From positions 1 to 32,361 of IMG/VR virus record IMGVR_UViG_3300006483_000009: 32,361 nucleotides of DNA; one strand, given 5' to 3'. This document shows positions 14,978-25,085 of the stretch, piece by piece. This DNA is from a virus (lineage: Duplodnaviria > Caudoviricetes). The position numbers were made by a program, and so were the translations under genes. The notes beneath the pieces are model-generated. The model was not told the origin of the DNA. It did not search any database and saw nothing but the letters and a program-made list of their open reading frames with translations. The first letter of the stretch is position 1. Every line of letters begins with the position of its first letter.

Positions 14978-16582
14978 ATGCGGAAACTGAAGAAATATAA
15001 GCCGACCGCCTTTATAGCTGATGGGTCATATTACGATAAGGATGCTGCTGATTACGCTGTGGCTTTTATCGAAGCACTCTCCCATACGAAAGGTTTATGG
15101 GCAGGTAAGCCTTTTGAACTTATCGATTGGCAGGAGCAAATCATCCGTGATTTATTCGGGATTTTAAAGACAGATGGATATCGGCAGTTTAACACTGCTT
15201 ATGTAGAAATACCTAAAAAGATGGGAAAAAGCGAGCTTGCCGCAGCAATTGCACTTCTTCTCACTTGCGGTGATGGTGAAGAACGGGCGGAGGTATACGG
15301 TTGTGCCGCCGACCGCCAGCAGGCATCAATTGTATTTGAAGTAGCAGCCGATATGGTGCGCATGTGTCCAGCACTAAATAAACGTGTAAAGTTGCTGGCT
15401 TCAACTAAGCGATTGGTGTACCTGCCGACCAACAGCTTCTATCAGGTATTGTCGGCTGAAGCCTACTCTAAACACGGCTTCAATATACATGGTGTTGTTT
15501 TTGATGAACTTCATACTCAGCCAAACCGGAAGTTATTTGACGTTATGACGAAAGGATCTGGGGATGCTAGAACTCAACCACTCTATTTTCTTATCACCAC
15601 TGCTGGGACGGATACCCAAAGTATATGCTACGAAACACACCAGAAAGCGGTTGATATTATTGAGGGCAGAAAATACGATCCCACGTTTTACCCTGTAATC
15701 TACGGAGCTAAAGAAGAGGATGATTGGACAGACCCAAAAGTGTGGAAAAAAGCAAATCCAAGCTTGGGAATTACAGTTGGAATTGACAAGGTAAGAGCTG
15801 CTTGTGAAAGTGCAAAGCAGAACCCAGCTGAGGAGAACAGCTTCCGGCAATTGCGCTTAAATCAGTGGGTTAAACAATCTGTCCGATGGATGCCAATGGC
15901 AAAGTGGGATGCCTGTGCATTTCCAGTTATACCAGAAAGTCTCGAAGGACGGGTCTGTTATGGAGGTCTTGACTTATCTTCTACAACAGATATTACAGCC
16001 TTTGTATTAGTTTTCCCACCGGAGGATGAAACAGATAAATACATTGTTCTTCCGTATTTTTGGATGCCAGAGGACAACATTGACATCCGAGTCCGAAGAG
16101 ACCATGTACAATACGATCTTTGGGAGAAACAGGGATATATTCTAACCACAGAAGGCAATGTAGTGCATTACGGCTACATTGAGCGGTTTATTGAAGAACT
16201 TGGCGAAAAGTATAACATTCGAGAAATTGCATTTGACCGTTGGGGAGCAGTTCAAATGGTTCAGAACCTTGAAGGAGCAGGCTTTACTGTCGTTCCATTC
16301 GGTCAAGGCTTTAAAGATATGTCACCGCCAACCAAAGAACTAATGAAATTGACATTAGAAGAAAGAATAGCGCACGGTGGGCATCCAGTGCTTCGTTGGA
16401 TGATGGACAACATCTTTATAAAAACTGACCCAGCAGGTAACGTGAAACCGGATAAGGAAAAAAGTACAGAAAAGATAGATGGTGCGGTAGCGACCATCAT
16501 GGCACTTGATCGTGCTATCCGTTGCGGCTCAGGTAATAGCGGAGATTCAGTGTATGACGAGAGAGGTTTGATTGTCTTTTAA
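14978..16582 (+). CDS. terL: Terminase large subunit (HK97-like)
   Basis: LIDWQ, IPKKMGKSE (Walker A), VVFDELH (Walker B), ITTAG, GGLDLS, KIDGAVA. Confidence 0.96.
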   Translation: MRKLKKYKPTAFIADGSYYDKDAADYAVAFIEALSHTKGLWAGKPFELIDWQEQIIRDLFGILKTDGYRQFNTAYVEIPKKMGKSELAAAIALLLTCGDGEERAEVYGCAADRQQASIVFEVAADMVRMCPALNKRVKLLASTKRLVYLPTNSFYQVLSAEAYSKHGFNIHGVVFDELHTQPNRKLFDVMTKGSGDARTQPLYFLITTAGTDTQSICYETHQKAVDIIEGRKYDPTFYPVIYGAKEEDDWTDPKVWKKANPSLGITVGIDKVRAACESAKQNPAEENSFRQLRLNQWVKQSVRWMPMAKWDACAFPVIPESLEGRVCYGGLDLSSTTDITAFVLVFPPEDETDKYIVLPYFWMPEDNIDIRVRRDHVQYDLWEKQGYILTTEGNVVHYGYIERFIEELGEKYNIREIAFDRWGAVQMVQNLEGAGFTVVPFGQGFKDMSPPTKELMKLTLEERIAHGGHPVLRWMMDNIFIKTDPAGNVKPDKEKSTEKIDGAVATIMALDRAIRCGSGNSGDSVYDERGLIVF

Positions 16583-16625
16583 ACCTTAATGGTTAACACA
16601 AAGTTTATATTCGGAGGTGACGCCT

Positions 16626-17870
16626 ATGAATCTAATAAGAGGACTGTTTCGGTCAAGGGACAAACCGCAAAACCGTGTGGGTAGTGCATTTTCCTTCCTG
16701 TTTGGTGGTACGTCATCTGGCAAAACAGTGAACGAGCGTACTGCAATGCAAGCAACAGCAGTGTATGCCTGCGTAAGGATACTAGCTGAAGCGATTGCAG
16801 GACTGCCACTTCATGTATATAGATATCGTTCAGATGGAGGTAAAGAAAAGATTCCTTTTCACCCGCTGTATTACCTTCTTCATGATGAACCAAATCCAGA
16901 GATGACTTCATTCGTGTTTCGAGAAACACTGATGAGTCATCTTTTGCTTTGGGGAAATGCCTTTGCACAGGTGGTCAGAAACGGTCGTGGGCAGGCAGTG
17001 GCGCTTTATCCCCTACTCCCCAACAAGATGCAAGTTAGTCGAGCAACAAATGGTGAGCTGGTCTATACCTATTACCGTGATACGGACGAAAGTGGCCTAA
17101 ATCCAAAAGGCGGCTATGTCACACTCCGTAAAGATGAGGTTCTTCACATTCCTGGCTTAGGTTTTGATGGACTCATTGGTTATAGCCCTATCGCCATGGC
17201 GAAAAATGCAATCGGCATGTCACTTGCTACTGAAGAGTACGGTGCGGCATTCTTTGCCAATGGCGCAAATCCCGGAGGTGTGCTGGAACACCCAGGAGTA
17301 ATCAAAGATATACAGAGGGTCAAGGATAGCTGGAATAGTGCCTACCAAGGCACAGGCAATGCTCACAAAATTGCTGTATTGGAAGAGGGCATGAAGTTTC
17401 AAGCCATTGGTATCCCACCGGAACAGGCACAATTTCTTGAAACACGGAAATTCCAAATTAATGAGATTGCGAGGATTTTCCGAGTGCCGCCCCATATGGT
17501 GGGTGATCTTGAAAAGTCTAGTTTCTCCAATATTGAGCAGCAATCGTTGGAATTTGTAAAATACACCCTCGATCCGTGGGTGGTTCGATGGGAGCAAAGT
17601 CTCCAGCAATCGCTTATTTTGCCTTCTGAGAAAACTTCACTATTTATTAAGTTCAATTTGGATGGACTGCTTCGTGGTGATTACCAAAGTCGTATGAATG
17701 GCTACGCTACAGGTCGACAAAATGGCTGGATGTCAGCCAACGATATCCGTGAACTGGAGGATATGAACCGCATACCAGCTGAGGAAGGTGGCGACTTATA
17801 TCTAGTTAACGGAAATATGACAAAACTGGCTGACGCAGGTGCGTTTGCCAAAACCAAAGGAGGTCAGTAA
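16626..17870 (+). CDS. HK97-family portal protein
   Basis: AVYACVRILAEAIAGLP, PNPEMT, LLLWGNA, GYSPI, FFANGANPGGVL, IARIFRVPP, NDIRELED. Confidence 0.96.
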   Translation: MNLIRGLFRSRDKPQNRVGSAFSFLFGGTSSGKTVNERTAMQATAVYACVRILAEAIAGLPLHVYRYRSDGGKEKIPFHPLYYLLHDEPNPEMTSFVFRETLMSHLLLWGNAFAQVVRNGRGQAVALYPLLPNKMQVSRATNGELVYTYYRDTDESGLNPKGGYVTLRKDEVLHIPGLGFDGLIGYSPIAMAKNAIGMSLATEEYGAAFFANGANPGGVLEHPGVIKDIQRVKDSWNSAYQGTGNAHKIAVLEEGMKFQAIGIPPEQAQFLETRKFQINEIARIFRVPPHMVGDLEKSSFSNIEQQSLEFVKYTLDPWVVRWEQSLQQSLILPSEKTSLFIKFNLDGLLRGDYQSRMNGYATGRQNGWMSANDIRELEDMNRIPAEEGGDLYLVNGNMTKLADAGAFAKTKGGQ

Positions 17871-18560
17871 ATGAGGAAGTTCTGGAACTGGGTGCGTGAT
17901 TCTGATGAAGAGCGTACCCTCTATTTAAATGGAGTGATATCTGAAGAAACGTGGTGGGGCGATGAAGTCACACCTAAGATTTTTAAAGATGAATTGCTGG
18001 CAGGCACCGGCAATATTACGGTGTGGATTAATTCCCCTGGTGGTGATGTGTTCGCAGCAGCTCAGATTTATAACATGCTCATGGAGTATACCGGAAAAGT
18101 CACTGTAAAGATTGATGGACTTGCGGCAAGTGCAGCTTCCGTTATTGCAATGGCGGGTGGAGATGTATATATGTCCCCGGTTTCCATGCTAATGATTCAT
18201 AACCCATCAACGATTGCGATCGGTGACAGTGAGGAAATGCTTCGAGCAAAGGCCCTATTAGATGAGGTCAAGGAAAGTATTATTAATGCCTATGAGTTAA
18301 AAACGGGTCTTTCCCGAACAAAACTCTCCCATCTGATGGATGCAGAATCATGGATGAATGCAAATAAGGCTATTGAACTTGGTTTTGCAGATAAAATCAT
18401 GTTTATGGAAAGTGAAACACTAGATTTGAAGGATAGTCTTATTTTTAGCAGGATGGCGGTTACTAACTCGCTTATCAACAAACTGCCAAAACAACCAAAA
18501 CAGAAAACAGGTACACCCATTGAGTCGCTGGATAAGCGGCTTTCTTTAATTTTGAACTAA
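17871..18560 (+). CDS. ClpP-like prohead maturation protease
   Basis: INSPGGDVF, GLAASAAS, MIHNP, AIELGFAD; between portal and capsid. Confidence 0.95.
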   Translation: MRKFWNWVRDSDEERTLYLNGVISEETWWGDEVTPKIFKDELLAGTGNITVWINSPGGDVFAAAQIYNMLMEYTGKVTVKIDGLAASAASVIAMAGGDVYMSPVSMLMIHNPSTIAIGDSEEMLRAKALLDEVKESIINAYELKTGLSRTKLSHLMDAESWMNANKAIELGFADKIMFMESETLDLKDSLIFSRMAVTNSLINKLPKQPKQKTGTPIESLDKRLSLILN

Positions 18561-18579
18561 TTTAAAGGAGGAAATAACG

Positions 18580-19773
18580 ATGAGTAAAATTCTTGAATTG
18601 CGTGAGAAGCGCGCTAAAGCATGGGATGCAGCAAAGGCATTCCTTGATTCAAAACGTGGCGGTGATGGACTGTTATCCGCCGAGGACACGACAACCTATG
18701 AAAAAATGGAAGCCGATGTGGTGGCACTTGGTAAGGAAATCGAACGTTTGGAACGCCAAGCATCTATCGACTTAGAACTGTCAAAAGCAACCAGTAACCC
18801 AATAACGAATGAACCTACTAGAACTGGAGAGGAAAAGACCGGACGCGCAAGTGCTGAATATAAAAAAGCTTTCTGGAATGCAATGCGTGACAATGTCAGC
18901 TATGAAGTAAGGAACGCTCTAAAGATTGGCACTGATTCTGAAGGTGGATTCCTTGTACCAGATGAGTTTGAGCGTACGCTAGTAGAAGCCCTAGAGGAAG
19001 AAAATATTTTCCGTAGGTTAGCCAATGTCATCACTACATCTTCTGGTGACCGCAAGATTCCTGTTGTTGCAAGCAAAGGCACTGCAAGCTGGATCGATGA
19101 AGAAGGAGCTATTCCTGAGAGCGATGATAGCTTCGGTCAAGTATCCATTGGGGCTTATAAACTGGCAACGATGATTAAAGTGTCAGAGGAACTGCTAAAC
19201 GATTCCGTGTTCAATCTCGAAAGCTACATCACAAGAGAATTCGCACGACGTATTGGTAACAAGGAAGAAGAAGCCTTCTTTATAGGTGACGGTACAGGAA
19301 AGCCAACAGGGATTTTGAATGCTACTGGTGGTGGTCAAGTTGGGGTTACTACGGCAAGTGCCACTGCCATTACTTTGGATGAGGTATTAGATTTATTCTA
19401 CAGCTTAAAAGCACCGTATCGAAATAAGGCAGTATTCGTAATGAATGATGCCACTATAAAAGCTATCCGTAAATTAAAAGACGGAAACGGACAGTACTTA
19501 TGGCAACCTTCTGTCCAAGCGGGAACACCTGATACGATTCTTAACCGCCCGCTGTACACCTCGTCATATGTACCTACTATTGAAGCAGGTGCAAAGACTG
19601 TGGTATTCGGTGATTTTAGTTATTACTGGGTGGCAGACCGTCAAGGACGAGTATTCAAACGATTAAATGAACTCTATGCTGTTACAGGTCAAGTAGGATT
19701 TATTGCGACTCAACGAGTTGATGGAAAGCTTATCTTACCGGAGGCCGTTAAGGTACTCCAACAGAAAGCTTAA
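18580..19773 (+). CDS. HK97-fold major capsid protein with N-terminal delta domain
   Basis: Coiled-coil N-term; GGFLVPDE, VSEELLND, GDGTGKPTGI, LKDGNGQYLWQP, FGDFS, RVDG. Confidence 0.96.
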   Translation: MSKILELREKRAKAWDAAKAFLDSKRGGDGLLSAEDTTTYEKMEADVVALGKEIERLERQASIDLELSKATSNPITNEPTRTGEEKTGRASAEYKKAFWNAMRDNVSYEVRNALKIGTDSEGGFLVPDEFERTLVEALEEENIFRRLANVITTSSGDRKIPVVASKGTASWIDEEGAIPESDDSFGQVSIGAYKLATMIKVSEELLNDSVFNLESYITREFARRIGNKEEEAFFIGDGTGKPTGILNATGGGQVGVTTASATAITLDEVLDLFYSLKAPYRNKAVFVMNDATIKAIRKLKDGNGQYLWQPSVQAGTPDTILNRPLYTSSYVPTIEAGAKTVVFGDFSYYWVADRQGRVFKRLNELYAVTGQVGFIATQRVDGKLILPEAVKVLQQKA

Positions 19774-19785
19774 CGGAGGTGCTTT

Positions 19786-19998
19786 ATGAGTTATAACACG
19801 AAGAATTATACCGAACAAGGCGGAGAAAAAACTGTCATCGGTGGTGTTTTAGAAATTAAAGAAGGGGCCTCGGTTACGGGGCTTCCTATTGCTGAAAACC
19901 AGGTAGACAGCACCGCCATCGATGTTGCTGGTCTAGTTACGGACTTTAACGCTCTGCTTGCCAAACTAAAAGCAGCGGGGCTTATGGAGTCTGACTAA
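19786..19998 (+). CDS. Small head decoration / 'head fiber'-type protein
   Basis: NYTEQGGEKTVIGGVLEI..DFNALLAKLKAAGLM; directly after the capsid gene. Confidence 0.7.
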   Translation: MSYNTKNYTEQGGEKTVIGGVLEIKEGASVTGLPIAENQVDSTAIDVAGLVTDFNALLAKLKAAGLMESD

Positions 19999-20024
19999 GG
20001 TGGAATGTAAAGGAGGTTGGTGGT

Positions 20025-20345
20025 ATGGCAGTGGCAGATAATCTCTTGCCTAAAGTTAAAGCGAACTTAATTTTAGCACATGATCAGGATGATGCCCTCC
20101 TTATTGGATTTATCACTGCTGCAGTCTCCTATGCACAGAGCTATCAGCACGTTCCTGAAAACTATTATGAAACTCATTCTATGCCTCCAACAACAGAACA
20201 AGCAGTGATTATGTTGTCGAGTCATTTCTATGAAAGTAGAGATGGCTCGACGGCAGGTTTCTTTGCTGATAGCGTACAGGCGGGGCAACAAGTATGGAAC
20301 ACGGTGAACTTGCTTTTACGACTTGATCGAGAGTGGGGTGTTTAG
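20025..20345 (+). CDS. Head-tail connector (HK97 gp6-like)
   Basis: VKANL..DDALLIGFITAA..AVIMLSSHFYESR. Confidence 0.88.
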   Translation: MAVADNLLPKVKANLILAHDQDDALLIGFITAAVSYAQSYQHVPENYYETHSMPPTTEQAVIMLSSHFYESRDGSTAGFFADSVQAGQQVWNTVNLLLRLDREWGV

Positions 20346-20346
20346 C

Positions 20347-20682
20347 GTGAGCTTTGGGAAGATGAACACCTTCATCGATATCATTAGAACGATACCCATA
20401 AAGGATGAGGAAGGCTTCGCCACAAAAGGTGACAACATACTCGCAAGTGTACTTGCTTACAAGGAAGATCGGCATGGCAGTGAGCGATGGACGAATATGG
20501 CATCATTTTCATCTGCAACTTCCCTATTCAGGTTTAGGAAAATCTTCGGACTTAAGGTGACCAATGAAATGGTTATCGTCTGCCATGATGGCAGATATCA
20601 AATTTTAAGTGTTGAGGATGTAAGAAATCGAGGTATGTATGTCGAGGTTTTAGCCGAAAAGCTAGAACCAACTGTGAGGTGA
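20347..20682 (+). CDS. Head closure / head-tail adaptor (SPP1 gp16-like)
   Basis: GKMNTFIDI..DEEGF..FRFR..GRYQILSVED; position; GTG start inferred. Confidence 0.8.
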   Translation: MSFGKMNTFIDIIRTIPIKDEEGFATKGDNILASVLAYKEDRHGSERWTNMASFSSATSLFRFRKIFGLKVTNEMVIVCHDGRYQILSVEDVRNRGMYVEVLAEKLEPTVR

Positions 20683-20687
20683 TGGAT

Positions 20688-21119
20688 ATGGCAAAAGTGA
20701 ATATAAAGATGCCAGAAGAATTCCTTTTAAAGGTATCCCGATTAGCTGACCAAACCGATGTGATTCTTCCTAAGGTTTTGGAAGTTGGCGGTGAAGTGGT
20801 GCTAGATAAAGTCAAGGGAAATCTAAGTAAGGTGGTTGGCAAGGACACGAAATATCCATCCAAAAGTACTGGAGAATTGCTATCTTCACTGGGCCTTTCT
20901 GGTGCAAAGCAGGATAGAAACGGTAACTTCAATGTAAAAGTCGGCTTTGCAGAGCCACGTTCTGATGGTGAGAGCAATGCTAAACTTGCCAGCATCATTG
21001 AATATGGGAAGCATGGTCAGCCTGCAAAACCCTTCCTAAAGCCTGCGAGGAATGCATCTAGGAAACCCTGCATCAACGCAATGGTCGCCAAACTGGAGGA
21101 GGAGATCGACAAAATATGA
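20688..21119 (+). CDS. HK97 gp10-like tail component
   Basis: STGELLSSL..IEYGKHGQPAKPFLKPA signature. Confidence 0.88.
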   Translation: MAKVNIKMPEEFLLKVSRLADQTDVILPKVLEVGGEVVLDKVKGNLSKVVGKDTKYPSKSTGELLSSLGLSGAKQDRNGNFNVKVGFAEPRSDGESNAKLASIIEYGKHGQPAKPFLKPARNASRKPCINAMVAKLEEEIDKI

Positions 21120-21457
21120 ATATCTTAGAGGAATTAATTACACTTGTGATCGCCATACCGCTCCCCGTGGAAACCGGGGTTTTTTCAGGTTTGGCACCAG
21201 ATGAGTATGTCGTGATTCTCCCTCTTTCGGATATTTTTGAAGTTCATGCGGATAATCGTCCAGGCTTTGATGTGCAGGAAGCGAGGATATCACTGTTTTC
21301 AAAAAATAATTACCTAGAGCGGAAACGTCAGCTCACAACTGCTTTAATAAATGCGGATTTTACTGTGACTGAACGAAGATATATCGGTCACGAGGATGAT
21401 ACTGGATATCACCATTACGCCATCGATGTGGCGAAAAACTATAGAATGGAGGAATAA
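21116..21457 (+). CDS. Tail completion/terminator protein
   Basis: Position before the major tail gene; PDEYVVI..ISLFSKNNY..DTGYHHYAID. Confidence 0.75.
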   Translation: MNILEELITLVIAIPLPVETGVFSGLAPDEYVVILPLSDIFEVHADNRPGFDVQEARISLFSKNNYLERKRQLTTALINADFTVTERRYIGHEDDTGYHHYAIDVAKNYRMEE

Positions 21458-21460
21458 AAA

Positions 21461-22051
21461 ATGGCAACAATCGGTCTTGATAGACTGTACTATTCAAAAA
21501 TAACAGAGGACGCTAACGGTGAGGAAACTTATGCCCAACCTTCTGTACTTGCAAAAGCCATCACTGCTGAACTTTCGGTTGAACTAGTGGAAGCCATTCT
21601 GTATGCTGACGACGGTGCGGCTGAGGTTGTGAAAGACTTTAACAGTGGTACTCTCACTCTCGGTGTAGACGACATTGGTCCGACGGTCGCAGCGGATTTA
21701 ACTGGCGCTTCTACTGATGACAATGGGGTCCTAATCTCTGCTAGTGAAAACGTAGGTACACCCGTTGCAGTGGGGTTTCGTGCGCAAAGGGCTAATGGAA
21801 CATATCGCTATTTTTGGCTGTATCGCGTTAAGTTCGGACTACCAGCAACAAACTTACAGACTAAAGCTGACTCCATTACTTTTTCCACACCCACCATTGA
21901 AGGAACCGTTATGCGCAGGAATAAGCTGGATGGATTGGGCAAACATCCATGGAAAGCTGAAGTTACAGAAGGTGATCCTGGTGTTTCATCGACCACCATA
22001 ACAGGTTGGTTCACTGAGGTCTATGAACCTGTTTATACACCTGTACCATAG
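21461..22051 (+). CDS. Major tail tube protein (phi13-like family)
   Basis: IGLDRLYY, LYADDG, VAVGFR, WLYRVKF, TPTIEG. Confidence 0.9.
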   Translation: MATIGLDRLYYSKITEDANGEETYAQPSVLAKAITAELSVELVEAILYADDGAAEVVKDFNSGTLTLGVDDIGPTVAADLTGASTDDNGVLISASENVGTPVAVGFRAQRANGTYRYFWLYRVKFGLPATNLQTKADSITFSTPTIEGTVMRRNKLDGLGKHPWKAEVTEGDPGVSSTTITGWFTEVYEPVYTPVP

Positions 22052-22062
22052 GAGGAGAAATC

Positions 22063-22449
22063 ATGGATAATGAGAGAAGTGCCACAATTAACATTGGTGA
22101 CAAAGAGTATGAACTGGTTTTAACAACACGTGCAACAAAGGCCATTGCCGGTCGTTACGGTGGTCTTGAAAACCTTGGAGAAAAACTGATGAAATCAGAA
22201 AACTTCGAGATGGCACTGGACGAGATTGTTTGGTTAATCACGCTGCTTGCAAACCAGTCCATTTTGATTCGCAACCTTAATAATAAGAACGCACCAGAAG
22301 AATTGCTTACAGAAGAAGAAGTGGAGCTTCTTACCTCACCACTTGACTTGGCGGCATATAAAACTGCAATTACCGAGGCGATGTTCAAAGGTACAAAGCG
22401 AAATGTAGAAAGTGAGGAGGAAACTTCAAAAAACGTGGAAGTCGGGTAA
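22063..22449 (+). CDS. Tail assembly chaperone (gpG-like)
   Basis: Between tail tube and tape measure genes; ends ..TCA AAA AAC GTG GAA GTC GGG TAA. Confidence 0.85.
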   Translation: MDNERSATINIGDKEYELVLTTRATKAIAGRYGGLENLGEKLMKSENFEMALDEIVWLITLLANQSILIRNLNNKNAPEELLTEEEVELLTSPLDLAAYKTAITEAMFKGTKRNVESEEETSKNVEVG

Positions 22450-22637
22450 CGGACGTTGAGGTCTTTACCCGGCTTCTTTATTATGGAACAGTTCAGATGG
22501 GCATGGAGGCAGAGGAATTCTGGCTTATGCCAATTGGGCTGTTTTTTGATTTATGGACTTGTCATAAACAATGGCATGGTATTGAAAAGCCAAAGAAAAC
22601 ACGGACCATTGACGATATTATCCCACCAGGTATTTAG
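22428..22637 (+). CDS. -1 frameshift extension of the tail chaperone (gpGT-like); absent from the ORF track
   Basis: Slippery A AAA AAC at 22428-22434; -1 frame reads RGSRVTDVEVFTRLLYYGTVQMGMEAEEFWLMPIGLFFDLWTCHKQWHGIEKPKKTRTIDDIIPPGI to TAG 22635-22637. Confidence 0.85.
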   Translation, partial: KKRGSRVTDVEVFTRLLYYGTVQMGMEAEEFWLMPIGLFFDLWTCHKQWHGIEKPKKTRTIDDIIPPGI

Positions 22638-22651
22638 GAGGAGGTGAAGGC

Positions 22652-25072
22652 ATGGCAGATAATTTTGGTTTAAAGATAGGTGTTGAAGGCGAGCGTGAAT
22701 TCAAGAACGCACTGCGGGAAATCAATCAATCATTTAAGGTATTGGGCAGTGAAATGGCACTTGTGACTAGCCAATTTGATAAGAATGATAAATCCATTCA
22801 GTCGGTCACCGCTCGTAATGCTGTTCTAAATAAGGAAATTGACGCACAGAAGGAAAAGATTTCTACCCTTAAGGCTGCCCTTGATAATGCCTCCTCCTCT
22901 TTCGGTGAAAATGACCGCCGCACCCAAAACTGGCAAATCCAATTAAACAGGGCTCAGGCTGAACTAAATCTTATGGAGCGTGAACTTGAACAGTCCACAA
23001 TTGAAGCGGATAATCTCGGTGAAGAGTTAGAGGATTCAGGTAAAAGTGCAGAGGATGCTGGTGGCAGATTTGAAAAGCTTGGCGGTGTACTAAAGGGAAT
23101 TGGTGTGGCGATGGGGGCGGTTGCTGTTGCAGCCGGAGCCGCTGCTATTAAGTTAGGTAAAGAAGTAGTCACTCAATTTGGAGAGCTGGAACAAAACCTA
23201 GGCGGATCGGAGGCGGTTTTTGGAGCATATGCTGCATCGATTCAGAAAACTGGTGAGGAAGCCTATAAAAATCTTGGTGTTTCCCAAAGTGAGTATCTTG
23301 CAACCGCCAACAAAATGGGTGCATTGTTACAAGGTTCTGGTATACAGCAACAGAGGAGTCTTGAGCTAACTGAAAAGGCCATGCAACGTGCGGCAGATAT
23401 GGCATCTGTTATGGGTATAGATATGTCTTCTGCTATGGAGGCAGTCACTGGGGCGGCAAAGGGTAACTTTGATATGATGGATAACTTAGGTGTTGCGATG
23501 AACGCTACAAACATCGAAGCCTACGCTCTTGCAAAGGGCCTGGATTTTACTTGGAATACTGCAACACAAGCGGAAAAGGCTGAAGTAGCAATGCAGATGT
23601 TCTTTGAGAACACGGAGCAGTATGCTGGAAATTTTGCGAGAGAGTCAACTCAAACAATTTCTGGCTCTATTGGATTATTACAGGCTGCACTTGGTTCTTT
23701 TACAGCCGGACTTGGTAATGCCAATGCGGATATGACAAATCTGACTGAGAATCTTGTGGAGGCTTTTGAGGCAGTTGTTACTAATATCGTACCGGTCTTG
23801 GAAAATATCGTAGCCGCATTACCAACAGCAACGGGCGCAATATTAGCAGCGGTAGCAGACTTGCTTCCAATGCTTCTTGAATTAGTTACAAATATATTCA
23901 CGCAGGTACTGGAAACAATTTTGAGCCTTTTACCCGAACTTATTCCAGCTACGGTAAGTGCTCTAATGACGATTGTCGGTGCATTAATAGATAACCTTCC
24001 ATTGCTGATAAATGCAGCAATCGAATTAGTAACAGCGCTTGTGGAGGGTATCGGCATAGCTTTACCACAGCTCATCCCTGCGGCTGTTTCTGCTGTTACG
24101 CAGATTGTCAAAGGATTGATGGATAACCTACCACTTATTTTAGATGCCGCTTTGCAGTTGATTATAGGGTTGGCAAAGGGATTGGTCGATGCAATACCCC
24201 AGCTTACTTCAGCCTTGCCTGTCATTATCAAAGCAATAGTGGATTTTATCATTGAATCCATTCCACAGATTATTGAAGCAGGTATTCAATTATTGACCTC
24301 ACTGGTCACAGCTTTGCCTACTATAATTACAGCAGTTGTGGAAGCAATCCCGCAAATTATCGACAGTATCATCGGTGCTGTTATTGGGTCGATTCCTTTA
24401 ATAATTGATGCAGGTATCCTGCTTTTAGTAGCGCTCATTCAAGCCTTGCCGCAGATTATTACTACTGTTGTAGGTGCCATTCCCAAGATTGTAGCTTCGT
24501 TGGTAAATGCCATTATTGGTAACATCGATAAGATCATTTTAGCGGGTGTTCAACTGTTCGTGGCACTGATTGCAAATCTACCAAGGATAATCGTGGAGAT
24601 CGTTAAAGCAGTACCACAGATTATATCTGGACTGGTCAAAGCCTTTACGGGTTATATCGGTCAAATGTCTCAGGTGGGTGGCAATCTGATTAAAGGGTTG
24701 TGGAAGGGGATTTCAGACGCTGGGGCATGGTTATGGAGTAAAATTTCTGGATTTTTTGGAAATGTTGTATCAAGGATTAAAGACTTCTTCGGTATTCGCT
24801 CCCCATCAACTCTATTTGCTGGAATTGGCCACAACATGGGTGAAGGTATCGGTGTAGGTTTTGAGGATGCAATGACAGCAGTTTCAAGGGATATGCAAAA
24901 TGCAGTACCAACCAGCTTTGATTTTAATTACAGAGGTGTATCTGGGCAAGGGAATGCTACAGGTGCAAGTATTACTCAAAATATTTCAGTTGTGACACCT
25001 AAGCCTCTATCAGAAAAAGAACTAGCACGGGAGTTTAAGAACCTATCCCGTAAACTGGCACTGGAATTGTAA
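22652..25072 (+). CDS. Tape measure protein
   Basis: 806 aa; GLKIGVEGEREFK N-term coiled coil; 11/22-aa periodic Pro/Ile/Leu repeats; FFGIRSPS near the C-term. Confidence 0.93.
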   Translation: MADNFGLKIGVEGEREFKNALREINQSFKVLGSEMALVTSQFDKNDKSIQSVTARNAVLNKEIDAQKEKISTLKAALDNASSSFGENDRRTQNWQIQLNRAQAELNLMERELEQSTIEADNLGEELEDSGKSAEDAGGRFEKLGGVLKGIGVAMGAVAVAAGAAAIKLGKEVVTQFGELEQNLGGSEAVFGAYAASIQKTGEEAYKNLGVSQSEYLATANKMGALLQGSGIQQQRSLELTEKAMQRAADMASVMGIDMSSAMEAVTGAAKGNFDMMDNLGVAMNATNIEAYALAKGLDFTWNTATQAEKAEVAMQMFFENTEQYAGNFARESTQTISGSIGLLQAALGSFTAGLGNANADMTNLTENLVEAFEAVVTNIVPVLENIVAALPTATGAILAAVADLLPMLLELVTNIFTQVLETILSLLPELIPATVSALMTIVGALIDNLPLLINAAIELVTALVEGIGIALPQLIPAAVSAVTQIVKGLMDNLPLILDAALQLIIGLAKGLVDAIPQLTSALPVIIKAIVDFIIESIPQIIEAGIQLLTSLVTALPTIITAVVEAIPQIIDSIIGAVIGSIPLIIDAGILLLVALIQALPQIITTVVGAIPKIVASLVNAIIGNIDKIILAGVQLFVALIANLPRIIVEIVKAVPQIISGLVKAFTGYIGQMSQVGGNLIKGLWKGISDAGAWLWSKISGFFGNVVSRIKDFFGIRSPSTLFAGIGHNMGEGIGVGFEDAMTAVSRDMQNAVPTSFDFNYRGVSGQGNATGASITQNISVVTPKPLSEKELAREFKNLSRKLALEL

Positions 25073-25085
25073 GGGAGGTACGGCA

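Noticed and set aside
22456..22647. 63-aa ORF from the track between chaperone and TMP
   Set aside because: Wrong frame; the -1 frameshift frame ending at 22637 is the plausible product.
23650..24261. 203-aa minus-strand ORF
   Set aside because: Antisense shadow of the repetitive TMP coding region.
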